The notes under the pieces: generated by a model
Told to the model about the DNA's origin: nothing
Databases searched by the model: none
The model's input: the letters and a program-made list of their open reading frames with translations, nothing else
Translations under genes and position numbers: made by a program
In this document: positions 1 to 8,255 of the stretch, one piece after another
Position numbering within the stretch: position 1 is the first letter of the stretch
Layout of the letters: every line of letters starts with the position of its first letter
DNA from: a virus
Length of the DNA stretch: 64,000 bases
IMG/VR virus record: IMGVR_UViG_3300045391_000912
Span: 1-64,000 of that record
Reading direction: 5' to 3' (one strand)

Positions 1-106
1 CCCACTGACACCGCTTACCGTCCCGCTTGAGCTGGGCCTTGCGGCGCTTCTCCCAGTCCGGCGGCAGCGTTTCCCTACGGGTGCTTGGCCGGTTGTCCCA
101 ACCCAT
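1..106 (-). CDS. HNH endonuclease, N-terminal fragment (gene continues past left edge)
   Basis: ATG at 106. Reads MGWDNRPSTRRETLPPDWEKRRKAQLKRDGKRCQW, the usual N-terminus of phage HNH endonucleases. The catalytic core is outside the window. Confidence 0.5.
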   Translation of the reverse strand, partial: MGWDNRPSTRRETLPPDWEKRRKAQLKRDGKRCQW

Positions 107-255
107 CAGTCGCGGATTCCCTCATCCCACAGGCTTAGCGCCACCTGTAGGTCTGTCTCCAACTCAGCCCGGCTGCAACCGGCGGCGATGAGTACCTCTA
201 GCCGGACCAATCGCTCGTGGAAGGGGATGTTGGATTCACGTAGCTGTGCGGGCAT
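106..255 (-). CDS. hypothetical small protein (49 aa)
   Basis: ATG 255 behind AGGAGG. Reads MPAQLRESNIPFHERLVRLEVLIAAGCSRAELETDLQVALSLWDEGIRD. Stop overlaps the next ATG (TGATG). Below the ORF-track size cut-off. Confidence 0.45.
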   Translation of the reverse strand: MPAQLRESNIPFHERLVRLEVLIAAGCSRAELETDLQVALSLWDEGIRD

Positions 256-335
256 CGCGGGTGCCTCCTGCTCGGGGTGGATGCGCTCAGGTTAGCGCTT
301 GTCGTATCATGCCGGAATCTCGTTGGGGAGCGAGA

Positions 336-383
336 GTAAGGCCCGGCAGCCGTTGAGGATTACCTCCGGCCGCCGGGCCTTAC
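336..383 (-). terminator. stem-loop just downstream of the 386..595 gene
   Basis: Perfect 12-bp inverted repeat GTAAGGCCCGGC / GCCGGGCCTTAC, 3 nt after the stop codon. No U-tail. Confidence 0.45.
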
Positions 384-385
384 GC

Positions 386-595
386 TTACGCCACCTGCTC
401 GTACGTGAGCTTGCTGTAGATCGGCTCCAGCTTGGTCCCTGGAAAGCTGACCCGCCGGTAGCCGAAGCCGCCGTGGTGGGCGAACTCCAGCTTGACCGTG
501 TAGTCCGGGTGCCGCTTCTCCGGGATCCATTCGAGCAGCTCAGACGCCGGGAGCTGGTTCTCCTTGATGCCCTCGGACTTCCACCTCGTGATCAC
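386..595 (-). CDS. hypothetical protein (69 aa)
   Basis: ORF-track frame 386..643. Start placed at GTG 595, which overlaps the upstream stop (GTGA coupling). Confidence 0.55.
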   Translation of the reverse strand: MITRWKSEGIKENQLPASELLEWIPEKRHPDYTVKLEFAHHGGFGYRRVSFPGTKLEPIYSKLTYEQVA

Positions 596-834
596 TGTGG
601 AACCCTTTGCGTCATCACGGTGCTTAGCCACGGCTGCCCCCACCTGTCGATCACCACGTTGGGCGACTTGAGTTCTTTAGGTGCTGCTGGCCGAACTGTA
701 ACCGTTGTGTGGTCGTTTTCCTCGTCGTACTCCGCACCGGTAGCCACGCTGTAGGCCACGCCCGTGCTGTCCGGACCTAGCAGACGCCCGATGATGTCGT
801 TCAAGTGCAACCGGCCTGGAAAGGTGATCTTCAT
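592..834 (-). CDS. hypothetical protein (80 aa)
   Basis: ORF track. ATG 834 overlaps the stop of the 831..1295 gene (ATGA). Confidence 0.6.
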   Translation of the reverse strand: MKITFPGRLHLNDIIGRLLGPDSTGVAYSVATGAEYDEENDHTTVTVRPAAPKELKSPNVVIDRWGQPWLSTVMTQRVPQ

Positions 835-1295
835 GCCCCTAGCTCCTTAGCCTGCTTAGCAAGTTCACTAAGAGACCTGGGCTTACGCCCTCTGATCTCT
901 GCCACGCGCGCAAGATTTTGCTTAGCCCGATCAAGCTCCTGCTGCCCAATGCGGTCCAACTTGTCACGATCCACCGCGTTAGTGGTCGCCGCAGCACGAC
1001 CCCCCGCCCTAAGCATTTTCTTACCGCGCGCACCGGCCTTGTTCAGCATGGCGCGGTCAGTGTCGATGACTTCCCAGCCAAAGCCACGGCGGGTCTCCAC
1101 CGACTGCTGACCATTCAGCTCCAACCACTCAGCGGCCGACCGCATGGCGCCGTAGGCCGCTTCGTACGAGCAGTCACACAAATCCTGGATTTCGCTGACC
1201 GGAATCTGAGCGCCTGGCTCCAGACTCTGGATCAACTCGATGCAGTGTTGCTTGCGAGACTTGACCCCGTCCTTAGGGCCAAAGATGTCTGTCAC
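831..1295 (-). CDS. hypothetical protein, possibly winged-helix DNA-binding
   Basis: ORF-track frame 831..1439 trimmed to GTG 1295 behind GAGGAG. The longer N-terminus is only the translation of a non-coding repeat. Confidence 0.6.
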   Translation of the reverse strand: MTDIFGPKDGVKSRKQHCIELIQSLEPGAQIPVSEIQDLCDCSYEAAYGAMRSAAEWLELNGQQSVETRRGFGWEVIDTDRAMLNKAGARGKKMLRAGGRAAATTNAVDRDKLDRIGQQELDRAKQNLARVAEIRGRKPRSLSELAKQAKELGA

Positions 1296-1384
1296 TAGCC
1301 AACTCCTCTGTAGGTGAAGCCCTTGACTTGCCGTGGCATGCCGCGCCCGGCCGCGCCGTAACGAGCTGAGCTGGGACCAGCGTT

Positions 1385-1426
1385 GCCCTGCGTGAGCGCC
1401 TGGGACTCGAACACCAGGTGTATGCC
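1385..1426 (-). repeat. 42-nt repeat copy A, tRNA 3'-half-like
   Basis: Identical to 1538..1579. Minus strand reads GGCATACACCTGGTGTTCGAGTCCCAGGCGCTCACGCAGGGC, with a T-loop-like GTTCGAGTC flanked by CCTGG/CCAGG. Confidence 0.85.
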
Positions 1427-1537
1427 ATTCACCCGTCAAAACCCTTGACTTGCGTAGCCTTACCTCGCCCGGCTAGGACCGGCTTTGACTTGCCAAACTT
1501 CGCTTTCGCCAGGACTGGCTGCGACTCGCCGTACCAC

Positions 1538-1579
1538 GCCCTGCGTGAGCGCCTGGGACTCGAACACCAGGTGTATGCC
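1538..1579 (-). repeat. 42-nt repeat copy B, tRNA 3'-half-like
   Basis: Identical to 1385..1426. Each copy is followed about 15 nt later (plus-strand direction) by a CCTTGACTTGC motif. Confidence 0.85.
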
Positions 1580-1682
1580 TTCCGCTCTCCATAACCCTTG
1601 ACTTGCTGTGTCCAGCCCTACCGCGCTGTGCCAAACCGGGCCATGCCAGGTCACGCCGCGCCATGCGTTGGAAAGTCCTTAG

Positions 1683-2273
1683 TTAGGCGATCTCGACCGT
1701 GTACCTGCCGTAACCGAGTCGCCTGGCGTCGCCTACCCCCTCAGCCTTACCGGCCTTGGTGGCGTACGCATGAAACGCCGCATCATCGATCTCGTTACCG
1801 TCCAGCTCGAACTCAAACGAAGCGGCCCATTGGGGGAAGATCGGGCGACATACTGGCATCTTGCCTGAGCCGACTTTTGCGATTCGACGGTCCACGAATC
1901 GGTTGGTGTTGGGATCCCCATTCCCCCAGAGCCCGTCCAGGTCCCGTGGGCCGACGTACTCCAGGGGCGCCCGCTGGCTGACTGGCGCGAAGCCCCGTTC
2001 GATCTGCTTGCCTCCCCGGTTCTTGAACACCAGGTTGGCGGCGTTGCGTAGAGACCGGATCAGGTTTGGAAGGGGCAGGTAAGGTCCGATCTCTTCGTCG
2101 TGATAGAGCCCTCCCGCAAACTGAAGGCGATACTTCTCCAGACGGTCGTCTTCGGTCTGGTCGGTCTTCTTGTTGATCAGCTTCCGGATCTCCTTGACGT
2201 AGAAGTCGTCCGGATCAGCCAGTCGGCTGTTGTGCATGATCAGAGGGCTGGTGCCTGTGAGGGTGATGATCAC
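1683..2273 (-). CDS. conserved-looking hypothetical protein (196 aa)
   Basis: ORF track. GTG start 2273 behind AGGAG. No family recognised by eye. Confidence 0.75.
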   Translation of the reverse strand: MIITLTGTSPLIMHNSRLADPDDFYVKEIRKLINKKTDQTEDDRLEKYRLQFAGGLYHDEEIGPYLPLPNLIRSLRNAANLVFKNRGGKQIERGFAPVSQRAPLEYVGPRDLDGLWGNGDPNTNRFVDRRIAKVGSGKMPVCRPIFPQWAASFEFELDGNEIDDAAFHAYATKAGKAEGVGDARRLGYGRYTVEIA

Positions 2274-2297
2274 TCGCTACTCCTGGTTGTTGTGAAT

Positions 2298-2308
2298 CCT
2301 TGACTTGC
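2298..2308 (-). repeat. fifth copy of the GCAAGTCAAGG motif
   Basis: Lies about 25 nt upstream of the 1683..2273 start, the same position relative to the RBS as the 1321 copy has to the 831..1295 start. Confidence 0.7.
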
Positions 2309-2344
2309 CCCGCCTGGCCATACCCAACCTAGGCTTGCCGGACC

Positions 2345-2391
2345 GAGGGGGTTGACTCTAGCCACAAGCTCACGCCGGAGTCAACCCCCTC
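2345..2391 (-). terminator. 14-bp perfect hairpin 5 nt after the replicase stop
   Basis: GAGGGGGTTGACTC (2345-2358) / GAGTCAACCCCCTC (2378-2391). Confidence 0.6.
2355..2390 (-). promoter_or_regulatory. putative promoter embedded in the hairpin
   Basis: Minus strand reads GGGGGTTGACT-N18-TAGAGT upstream of the 1683..2273 gene. Confidence 0.4.
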
Positions 2392-2395
2392 TTTA

Positions 2396-5300
2396 TCAAC
2401 TGCTGTCCTGCCAGGCAAAACTCGGTGCGGAAGGCTCAGCGACGATCTCCACACCCTGGAACGTGGTAGCCATGCACTCGATCAGCGTCCACGTGGCTTG
2501 CTCCGCGTCTGCCTCCGGCACGAACACATCCAGCTCGTCGTGCACCGGCAACAGCACCGAGTTGCCCCATCGCGTCTTGCGCCACTTGACCAGCGCATCC
2601 ACCAGCAACTCCCGCGCCGTGCCCTGAATTGCGTAGTTAGGCGCCGAGTGTGGCCGCAGCGTGTCGAAGTGGATCAACCGGCCGCTGTAAGCCTGGAAGT
2701 GCGACTGCCCGTTCTTGACCGCGTTCCGGACGTTGTTCGACCAAGCGCTCAACTGCGGGGTCATGCCGTCCAGCGTGTTGATCACTGCCTGCGCCGCTTC
2801 CAGGCTGGTACCTGTCTGAGCTGCCAGAGCCTCCACACCCCCGCCGTAGAGCCTGCCGAACACCAGACGCTTAGCCACGTACCGGTGTTCCTTGGCTGGC
2901 TTGGGCCTGCCGGTCGGGTTGGACTCGGACACCTTGCTGGCCTCGGCGTTGTCACCCCACACCTGCCGGGCGATCTCCTCGTGGATGTCCCGACCGGCCG
3001 CGATGATGGCCTTCAGGTTCTCGTCCTGGCTAAGCGCCGCCGCGACCCTAAGCTCAACACCCGAGAAGTCAGCGCCGATCATGAGCTGGCCGGGATCGGC
3101 GGTGATACAGGCCCGGACACCCCCCTGGCGGCTTAGCTGCTGAAGGTTGGGTCTGACGCAGCTCATGCGGCCGGTGTTGGTTCCGAGCGTGTAGACCGTG
3201 GGTCGGGCCCTACCGTCGCCGTGTTCGCACAACACCCGATAGGGCTCCATGAACATGTTGATCACGGTGTTGTTGTGCCGGTACTCCAAGATCTTTTTGA
3301 CCAGTGGCCCAACCTCCTCGTGGAACTGAAGCGGTTCAAGCACCTCTTTAGCGGCCGAGATCTTGCCCTTCCGGTCACGAAGGTCGATTCCACGGGCTGT
3401 AAGCGCCTCTGCGACCTGTTTGGGGCTTCCGGGGTTCTCGATGCTGGGAGCCATGGAAAGTACGGCAGCGGCGGCCTCATCCCGCAAAGGGCGGTGCTTA
3501 GCCTGCATCGCCTTCACGTGCTCGTAGTCCAGCCGGACCCCGTACAAGGGCAGCTTGGCCGTCATGATCTGCACCAGGCGTTCGCGCGCCATGATCTCGT
3601 CCGGGATCCCCGGAAGCTCTTTGGCGATGGCGGCGGTGTCCAGAACGTCGCTGGAGGCGTACCGAACCATCGTTTCCGTCCCTGAGTCGGCCTGTGCCCA
3701 TCCAGAGCGCTCCACGGGGGTGGTTACCTCGGTTTCCTTCAACCAGCCGCCAGCGGCGAACATGGAGGCCCTAGCGGTGTCAGCGGGAGCCGCCGTGGCC
3801 CGTGGCCCGAGCACTTTCTCCCCGAGCTTCTTGAGACCTGGGTCGGCACCCGTGCTGGCCGGATCCGCGAGCTTGGCCTTGAGCGCGGTGTCGTGCATCC
3901 GCTCCCAGCCCGAGTCGTGGTCGATCAGGTGCGCGCTCGCCAGTGGTGCCAGGTCCGCCGTGGCCGAGTGGGCTTGCAGGTAAGCCGCCTCGCTTAGCAA
4001 CTCTCGGATCAGCTCAGCCTGGTCGGCCTTGGCCGGGTCGAACGTCACCGCGATCTGGTCGTCCCCTAGCTGGACGGTGCGGAGTTTGTAGTCCCGGTGT
4101 CCGATGGGGTAGCCGGAGGTCTCCACGTCCACGGTCAGCACACCGACGCCCGTTCGCCGCATGGCCTGCCGGACCGCCGTAGCCGCTTGCGTGAGGGTCA
4201 GCTCGATGACATTGCCGTCCCGATCGCAACCCGCCGGAAGCGCCACCTTGCGACCTTCGGCGTCGTGCAACTTGGCCAGCTTGGCTTCGCGCCTCTCCTC
4301 AAGCTTGGCCTGAGCCTTGATCGCCTTCAGCTCCGCGCGGGCATCCGTCTTGCTGATGCGCCGACGGTCTGCCCACACGGCCACTTGGTAGGCGTTGATG
4401 GGCTTTAACGGATCGTAGTCGTCCGGTAGCTCTAGGTCACCAAAAGGGGTTTTCCGTGGGTTAGTGGGTTCGGGAACTACCGGAGACGAACCCACTGGGG
4501 CCTGTTTTGGCTGCTCAGGCCCAGTTTTTTGATCAACTTCCGCTACTTCCGAGGCAACTTCCCTATTTCCTACTTCTCTACTCTCTTCTCTCTTGTGTGT
4601 TGTGTTGTTTTGTGTTGAGTAGTTTATAGTACTACTACTAACTATCTGACTATCTGAAGAAGAAGAAAAAACGGGGCCTGACCTGGTGTTTTTAGGCTCC
4701 GATTGTTCTTCACTTGAACCCACGGGAACTAGCGGGCCAACCGTCGGAGAGCTAGCGGAGTTCGGCGCCGGGGTGAACCCTGGGTTGAACAAACCACCCC
4801 CGCCGGAAATGATCAACGGGCGATAGACCTGATTTTTCTTAGGGCCAGCGTTGCGGATCGCGTCGTAACCCAACTTCCCGAGCGTTCGACCGAACATGGT
4901 TTCCGACGGGGCGGGGGACCTTTTGTACGCGGGCTGCATCTCGTGCCACGCCAGGAAAGCCCTGTGGAGCACCCGGCCGGAGGTTCCGTGCTCGTTGTGG
5001 ATGCACATCTCCGCGACCCACTCCACGATCGGATCCTGCCCCGAGACCATGTCGTCCATGGTGGTCTGGAGCGTGAACGGCGCCGAGGAGGTAAGGGCAG
5101 TGTCGGGGTTGGCCAACCAGGCGGCGCACTCGCGCATGAGCTTCGCCAGTACCCCCGGAGCCTCCTGGGTCCACACCGCCGGGGTAAGGGTCTGCCGTGC
5201 GGCGCGCACTAGGTCCCGGTCGGCTTCGCACGGGATGATCCGCATACGCGCCCGCAGCGCCGGGTCAGTGATGGGAGGCTCGTCGTTGGTGGTCATCACG

Positions 5301-7243
5301 AGGGTGTGCGTCGGGTCGAACGTGACCGGGTTGGCGCGCATGGCGTTACCGGTTAGCTGACCTCCACCGGTTAGCTGCTTGAGCCGTTCCGCCGCCAGGT
5401 GGCCCTTACGGGGACCCTCATCGATGAAACTCAACCGTCGGCCCTTGAGCGCGTACACCACCGAGGCGTGAGCGTTGTCGGCGCCAGCGAGAAGGCGGGG
5501 ATCGGCGGCGTGACCGTAAGAGCCGAGCACCTTGACCATGAGCGAGATCAGGGCCGTCTTACCGGTGCGCTCCGGCCCGTACAGCACGGGGATGGCGGCG
5601 TCCGGGTAGCCCGCTAGCGCGATGGACAGCACCCGCATGGCCCACGCCCTGACCTCCGGATCCGGGAACACCGTAGCCACGAAAGCGTCCCAAGCCGGAG
5701 TCTCGATGGGCGCCGGAAGGCATAGAGCCGACCTTAGGTGCGGAGTAGCTAGGTCGATTCGCGCCGGTACCGGAACATCACCGGAAGCCCTGAGGTCCCA
5801 CGCTTGGCCTCCGGCCCATAGAATTTCCGGGTTGGTGTCCAGCCTGCCGACCTCGATACCTCCGGGGTGGCCGGTGTCCTTGACGATGGACTTGAGCTTG
5901 CGCTCGATGGCGCCGGAAGGGCCACTGGTGAGGAACCTTGCGCGGGTCTTGGCCTGCCAGTTCTCCGCCGTGTAGTCGCTAGCGCTCTTAGGGAAGTCCG
6001 GGTCACCGGGTGGCATGAGCCTCGCTACCTGGGACGTTGCCCAGTCGGCCATGTCCTTGGTTTCACGCCATACGTTTGAGCCCCGGACCAGCCAGGTATC
6101 TGAATCGGTTCCGTAACGCAGGGCCGGGAGCATCCGAAGAGCCACCTGTTCGGCGAGTCCCTGATCGGTGCGGTCCGCCGAGGGGTCGAATGGGTGCAGG
6201 CCGATGGCCGAGTAAACGGTCCAGGTGGGGTCCTCAGGGTCCTCGCCCATGTCGCCGTCGAACTCACGCTTAGCCGCCTTAGCCCACCTAAGCTCGTCCT
6301 CGGGGGTGTAGACCGTGAACTTGCCCTTAGCTCCGTCTTTGAGCCCTTGGTCGATCCAGAGCTGGTCCTGTTCATCAGGGCCGTCCGGCCACACTTCGGT
6401 GACGGCGTCTTCCAGGCGCTCGCGGGCGTCGGTCTCGTCCAGGTACTCCCCGCCGACGTAACCACCTAGGGTGAACGCGGCCCTTAGCAGAACTTGCCGG
6501 AAGCCCGCGCCGGACTGAGGGTCGAACTCTTTGATCTCCAGGAGCTTGTTGGTGATGGCCCGCTCAGCCGATACCTGGGACTGGGGCTCGCGGTAGGAGA
6601 TGAAGTCGAACCACCACTGGTCCTTAGGGTCGTGGTCCGGTACGTCGAACTTGGAGCCGATGGATCCGCCCGCGTTGAGCCGAACCTCACGGACCTTAGC
6701 CGCCAGAGCTTCGTTGGAGGTGTCCTGAGGTCCATACTCTGCAAGTTTCACCAGGTCAGGGGCTTGCATCCAGCGGTAAGGGTAGAACTGGCCGTCTTCC
6801 TTGGACTTGCGCACGGTCGGCGCCAGGAACGCGAAGCCACGACTGGAACCGTCGGGCAGGCCGCTCTTGACGTCGATGCCGGGGAACACGTTGTCGCGGG
6901 ATCCGCAGTTCATGGACTTGACGAACGAGTGGAACCCGCCGGAGGGGGTGGACGCGACACCGTAGCTAAGGGGGATCATGCCGTCCAGGAAGGACAGATC
7001 GCCGTCGTTGCGGGGGTCCACGTCGAGCAGATCCAGGCCCTTACCCATGACCGCGCACAGGGCCATGCCGGGCTCCCAACGGTCCACGACGGCCGGGTCC
7101 GGGATTGTCTGCTGCCAGGCGGTGGGGAGGTTGAAGCCCACGGGGTGGTTGGGATTGGGCGGCGCCACGAAGATCGGAATCCCCGCCCTGGCCATCTCCC
7201 TTGCGATCTCTAGCGCTTGCTGTTGCTCTGGAGTCAAGTTCAC
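2396..7243 (-). CDS. fused replicase: prim-pol + P-loop primase/helicase (D5/P4-like) + 3'-5' exonuclease + family A DNA polymerase
   Basis: 1615-aa ORF with GTG start behind AAGGA. N-terminal prim-pol-like region. Walker A GPERTGKT. Exonuclease motif LTVDVETSGY. Pol A motifs DFSGVELRV, RYVAKRLVFGRLYGGG and LPVHDELD. Confidence 0.9.
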   Translation of the reverse strand: MNLTPEQQQALEIAREMARAGIPIFVAPPNPNHPVGFNLPTAWQQTIPDPAVVDRWEPGMALCAVMGKGLDLLDVDPRNDGDLSFLDGMIPLSYGVASTPSGGFHSFVKSMNCGSRDNVFPGIDVKSGLPDGSSRGFAFLAPTVRKSKEDGQFYPYRWMQAPDLVKLAEYGPQDTSNEALAAKVREVRLNAGGSIGSKFDVPDHDPKDQWWFDFISYREPQSQVSAERAITNKLLEIKEFDPQSGAGFRQVLLRAAFTLGGYVGGEYLDETDARERLEDAVTEVWPDGPDEQDQLWIDQGLKDGAKGKFTVYTPEDELRWAKAAKREFDGDMGEDPEDPTWTVYSAIGLHPFDPSADRTDQGLAEQVALRMLPALRYGTDSDTWLVRGSNVWRETKDMADWATSQVARLMPPGDPDFPKSASDYTAENWQAKTRARFLTSGPSGAIERKLKSIVKDTGHPGGIEVGRLDTNPEILWAGGQAWDLRASGDVPVPARIDLATPHLRSALCLPAPIETPAWDAFVATVFPDPEVRAWAMRVLSIALAGYPDAAIPVLYGPERTGKTALISLMVKVLGSYGHAADPRLLAGADNAHASVVYALKGRRLSFIDEGPRKGHLAAERLKQLTGGGQLTGNAMRANPVTFDPTHTLVMTTNDEPPITDPALRARMRIIPCEADRDLVRAARQTLTPAVWTQEAPGVLAKLMRECAAWLANPDTALTSSAPFTLQTTMDDMVSGQDPIVEWVAEMCIHNEHGTSGRVLHRAFLAWHEMQPAYKRSPAPSETMFGRTLGKLGYDAIRNAGPKKNQVYRPLIISGGGGLFNPGFTPAPNSASSPTVGPLVPVGSSEEQSEPKNTRSGPVFSSSSDSQIVSSSTINYSTQNNTTHKREESREVGNREVASEVAEVDQKTGPEQPKQAPVGSSPVVPEPTNPRKTPFGDLELPDDYDPLKPINAYQVAVWADRRRISKTDARAELKAIKAQAKLEERREAKLAKLHDAEGRKVALPAGCDRDGNVIELTLTQAATAVRQAMRRTGVGVLTVDVETSGYPIGHRDYKLRTVQLGDDQIAVTFDPAKADQAELIRELLSEAAYLQAHSATADLAPLASAHLIDHDSGWERMHDTALKAKLADPASTGADPGLKKLGEKVLGPRATAAPADTARASMFAAGGWLKETEVTTPVERSGWAQADSGTETMVRYASSDVLDTAAIAKELPGIPDEIMARERLVQIMTAKLPLYGVRLDYEHVKAMQAKHRPLRDEAAAAVLSMAPSIENPGSPKQVAEALTARGIDLRDRKGKISAAKEVLEPLQFHEEVGPLVKKILEYRHNNTVINMFMEPYRVLCEHGDGRARPTVYTLGTNTGRMSCVRPNLQQLSRQGGVRACITADPGQLMIGADFSGVELRVAAALSQDENLKAIIAAGRDIHEEIARQVWGDNAEASKVSESNPTGRPKPAKEHRYVAKRLVFGRLYGGGVEALAAQTGTSLEAAQAVINTLDGMTPQLSAWSNNVRNAVKNGQSHFQAYSGRLIHFDTLRPHSAPNYAIQGTARELLVDALVKWRKTRWGNSVLLPVHDELDVFVPEADAEQATWTLIECMATTFQGVEIVAEPSAPSFAWQDSS
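4555..4675 (-). repeat. AT-rich microsatellite-like tract inside the replicase ORF (inter-domain linker)
   Basis: Runs such as tctctt, tgtgttg, actactacta and gaagaagaagaaaaaa. Encodes SSSSDSQIVSSSTINYSTQNNTTHKREE. Composition differs sharply from the flanks. Confidence 0.8.
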
Positions 7244-7251
7244 TGTCGTCC

Positions 7252-7491
7252 TTACTTAAACAGACGGGGGTTACGCCGGACCTGACCCTTAGCCGCGAAG
7301 TGTTCAGCGTGCTCAGTGCACATGTACAGTTCGAACTCAAGCGACTTCATCTTGACGGTCTCCACGGCGGGCTTGCTGCAGCCCAGCACGAGGGGTTGGC
7401 CCACCGCGTCTGCGCTTACCCCTATCGAGGCTTCACAAAGATCATCCTCGCGGGGCTTAGCGGGCCACTTGGAACCACCGAGCTTAGTCAT
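7252..7491 (-). CDS. small Cys-containing protein, paralog of 8228..8407
   Basis: ORF track. Shares C..ETV...MC.EHAE...GQV.R with the 8228 gene and the N-terminal MTKLGGSK with the methyltransferase. Confidence 0.65.
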   Translation of the reverse strand: MTKLGGSKWPAKPREDDLCEASIGVSADAVGQPLVLGCSKPAVETVKMKSLEFELYMCTEHAEHFAAKGQVRRNPRLFK

Positions 7492-7515
7492 CGAGCCACC
7501 TGACCCGTGTCGACG
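7466..7515 (-). repeat. direct repeat flanking the methyltransferase gene (right copy in gene orientation)
   Basis: 42 of 50 nt identical to 8206..8255 by hand alignment. Spans the stop/start junction GQVAR*/MTKLGGSK. Confidence 0.75.
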
Positions 7516-8231
7516 TCCCTGACTGGGATATCAAGCTTGCGGAGAATCTGCTGACCGATGTGTCGGGTGTAAGCCGGAGGGATGGCTTGAGCCAGTTCGT
7601 CTCGTGTCATCCAGTCGATCTGCATGGCTTTCTTCCACAGCTCACTTTCGCCGGGACCTAGACCTTGACCCCGACCAAACACGCCTATCACAGGTGACAT
7701 GACTATCTCGGGTTTCCCGGAGTGGTAGCGCTTTGTGGGGTACCCAGGGCTTTTAGCGGCCTGACCCACATGATCACACGGTGGTGCTGCCAGCCGTACG
7801 TTAGACTCGAACAGTCTGTGTCTACGTACACCAAGGTCGAACGAAGACCCGCACAGCGTAATCGGGTTGATCAAACCAGGGTCCGGGGGAACGTTCTCGA
7901 TCACGTAGAGCAACCCCGAAGCTAAGCATTGCTTGCGGAAGCTGGGGATCAGGTCCGTGTGGTGCTTGCTGGAGAACGCTTTCATCGTCGTGTGCACCTT
8001 GCAGGGCGGCGAGCCTGCCAGAACCAGTGCTCGACGCTCCTGCGCGAACCCAACAAGATCAAAATTAGGTACGTCTACTTGTAGGAACTCAAAGGGATAG
8101 TTCGGCTGCGGAAATTTGTCCAGGCCGATCACTTCGAACCCCGCTTGGGAGTAACCCATGGAGGCACCACCCCCACCGCAATAGGCATCGATCAACACCG
8201 GTCGGCACTTGGATCCACCGAGTTTCGTCAT
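7488..8231 (-). CDS. DNA (cytosine-5) methyltransferase
   Basis: 247 aa. Motif I LIDAYCGGGGASMGY, motif IV GSPPC, motif VI VIENV. Confidence 0.85.
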   Translation of the reverse strand: MTKLGGSKCRPVLIDAYCGGGGASMGYSQAGFEVIGLDKFPQPNYPFEFLQVDVPNFDLVGFAQERRALVLAGSPPCKVHTTMKAFSSKHHTDLIPSFRKQCLASGLLYVIENVPPDPGLINPITLCGSSFDLGVRRHRLFESNVRLAAPPCDHVGQAAKSPGYPTKRYHSGKPEIVMSPVIGVFGRGQGLGPGESELWKKAMQIDWMTRDELAQAIPPAYTRHIGQQILRKLDIPVRDVDTGQVAR

Positions 8232-8255
8232 CGAGAGACCTGCCCCGTACCGACG
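8206..8255 (-). repeat. direct repeat flanking the methyltransferase gene (left copy in gene orientation)
   Basis: Matches 7466..7515. Spans the junction GQVSR*/MTKLGGSK. Confidence 0.75.

Larger units (their letters stand above)
1321..1606 (-). repeat. intergenic cluster of four GCAAGTCAAGG motifs (minus-strand sense)
   Basis: Plus-strand CCTTGACTTGC / CTTTGACTTGC at 1321, 1443, 1483 and 1596. A fifth copy is at 2298. Confidence 0.8.

Noticed and set aside
299-754. A 151-aa plus-strand ORF at the left end.
   Set aside because: It overlaps two coupled minus-strand genes and the terminator hairpin. It is Arg/Leu-rich with no RBS.
1385-1579. An attP core for integration into a host tRNA gene. 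The same idea applies to the tRNA 3' fragment at 36757-36790.
   Set aside because: No integrase, excisionase or immunity repressor is visible anywhere in the 64 kb. The T-arm-like hairpin has a 10-nt loop and is not a clean tRNA 3' end. It is retained only as one hypothesis in the findings.
1296-1664. ORF-track ORFs 1460..1654 and 1473..1664, and the N-terminal 48 codons of 831..1439. All contain HTPGVRVPGAHAG-like peptides.
   Set aside because: The shared peptide is the translation of the 42-nt nucleotide repeat, which is read in different frames in the two copies. A good RBS plus GTG at 1295 gives a cleaner start for the real gene.
4440-4800. An intein, intron or separate gene boundary at the AT-rich segment of the replicase.
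   Set aside because: The frame stays open through the segment. There are no intein splice motifs or homing-endonuclease blocks, it is too short for a group I or II intron, and there is no RBS or start for a separate downstream polymerase gene.
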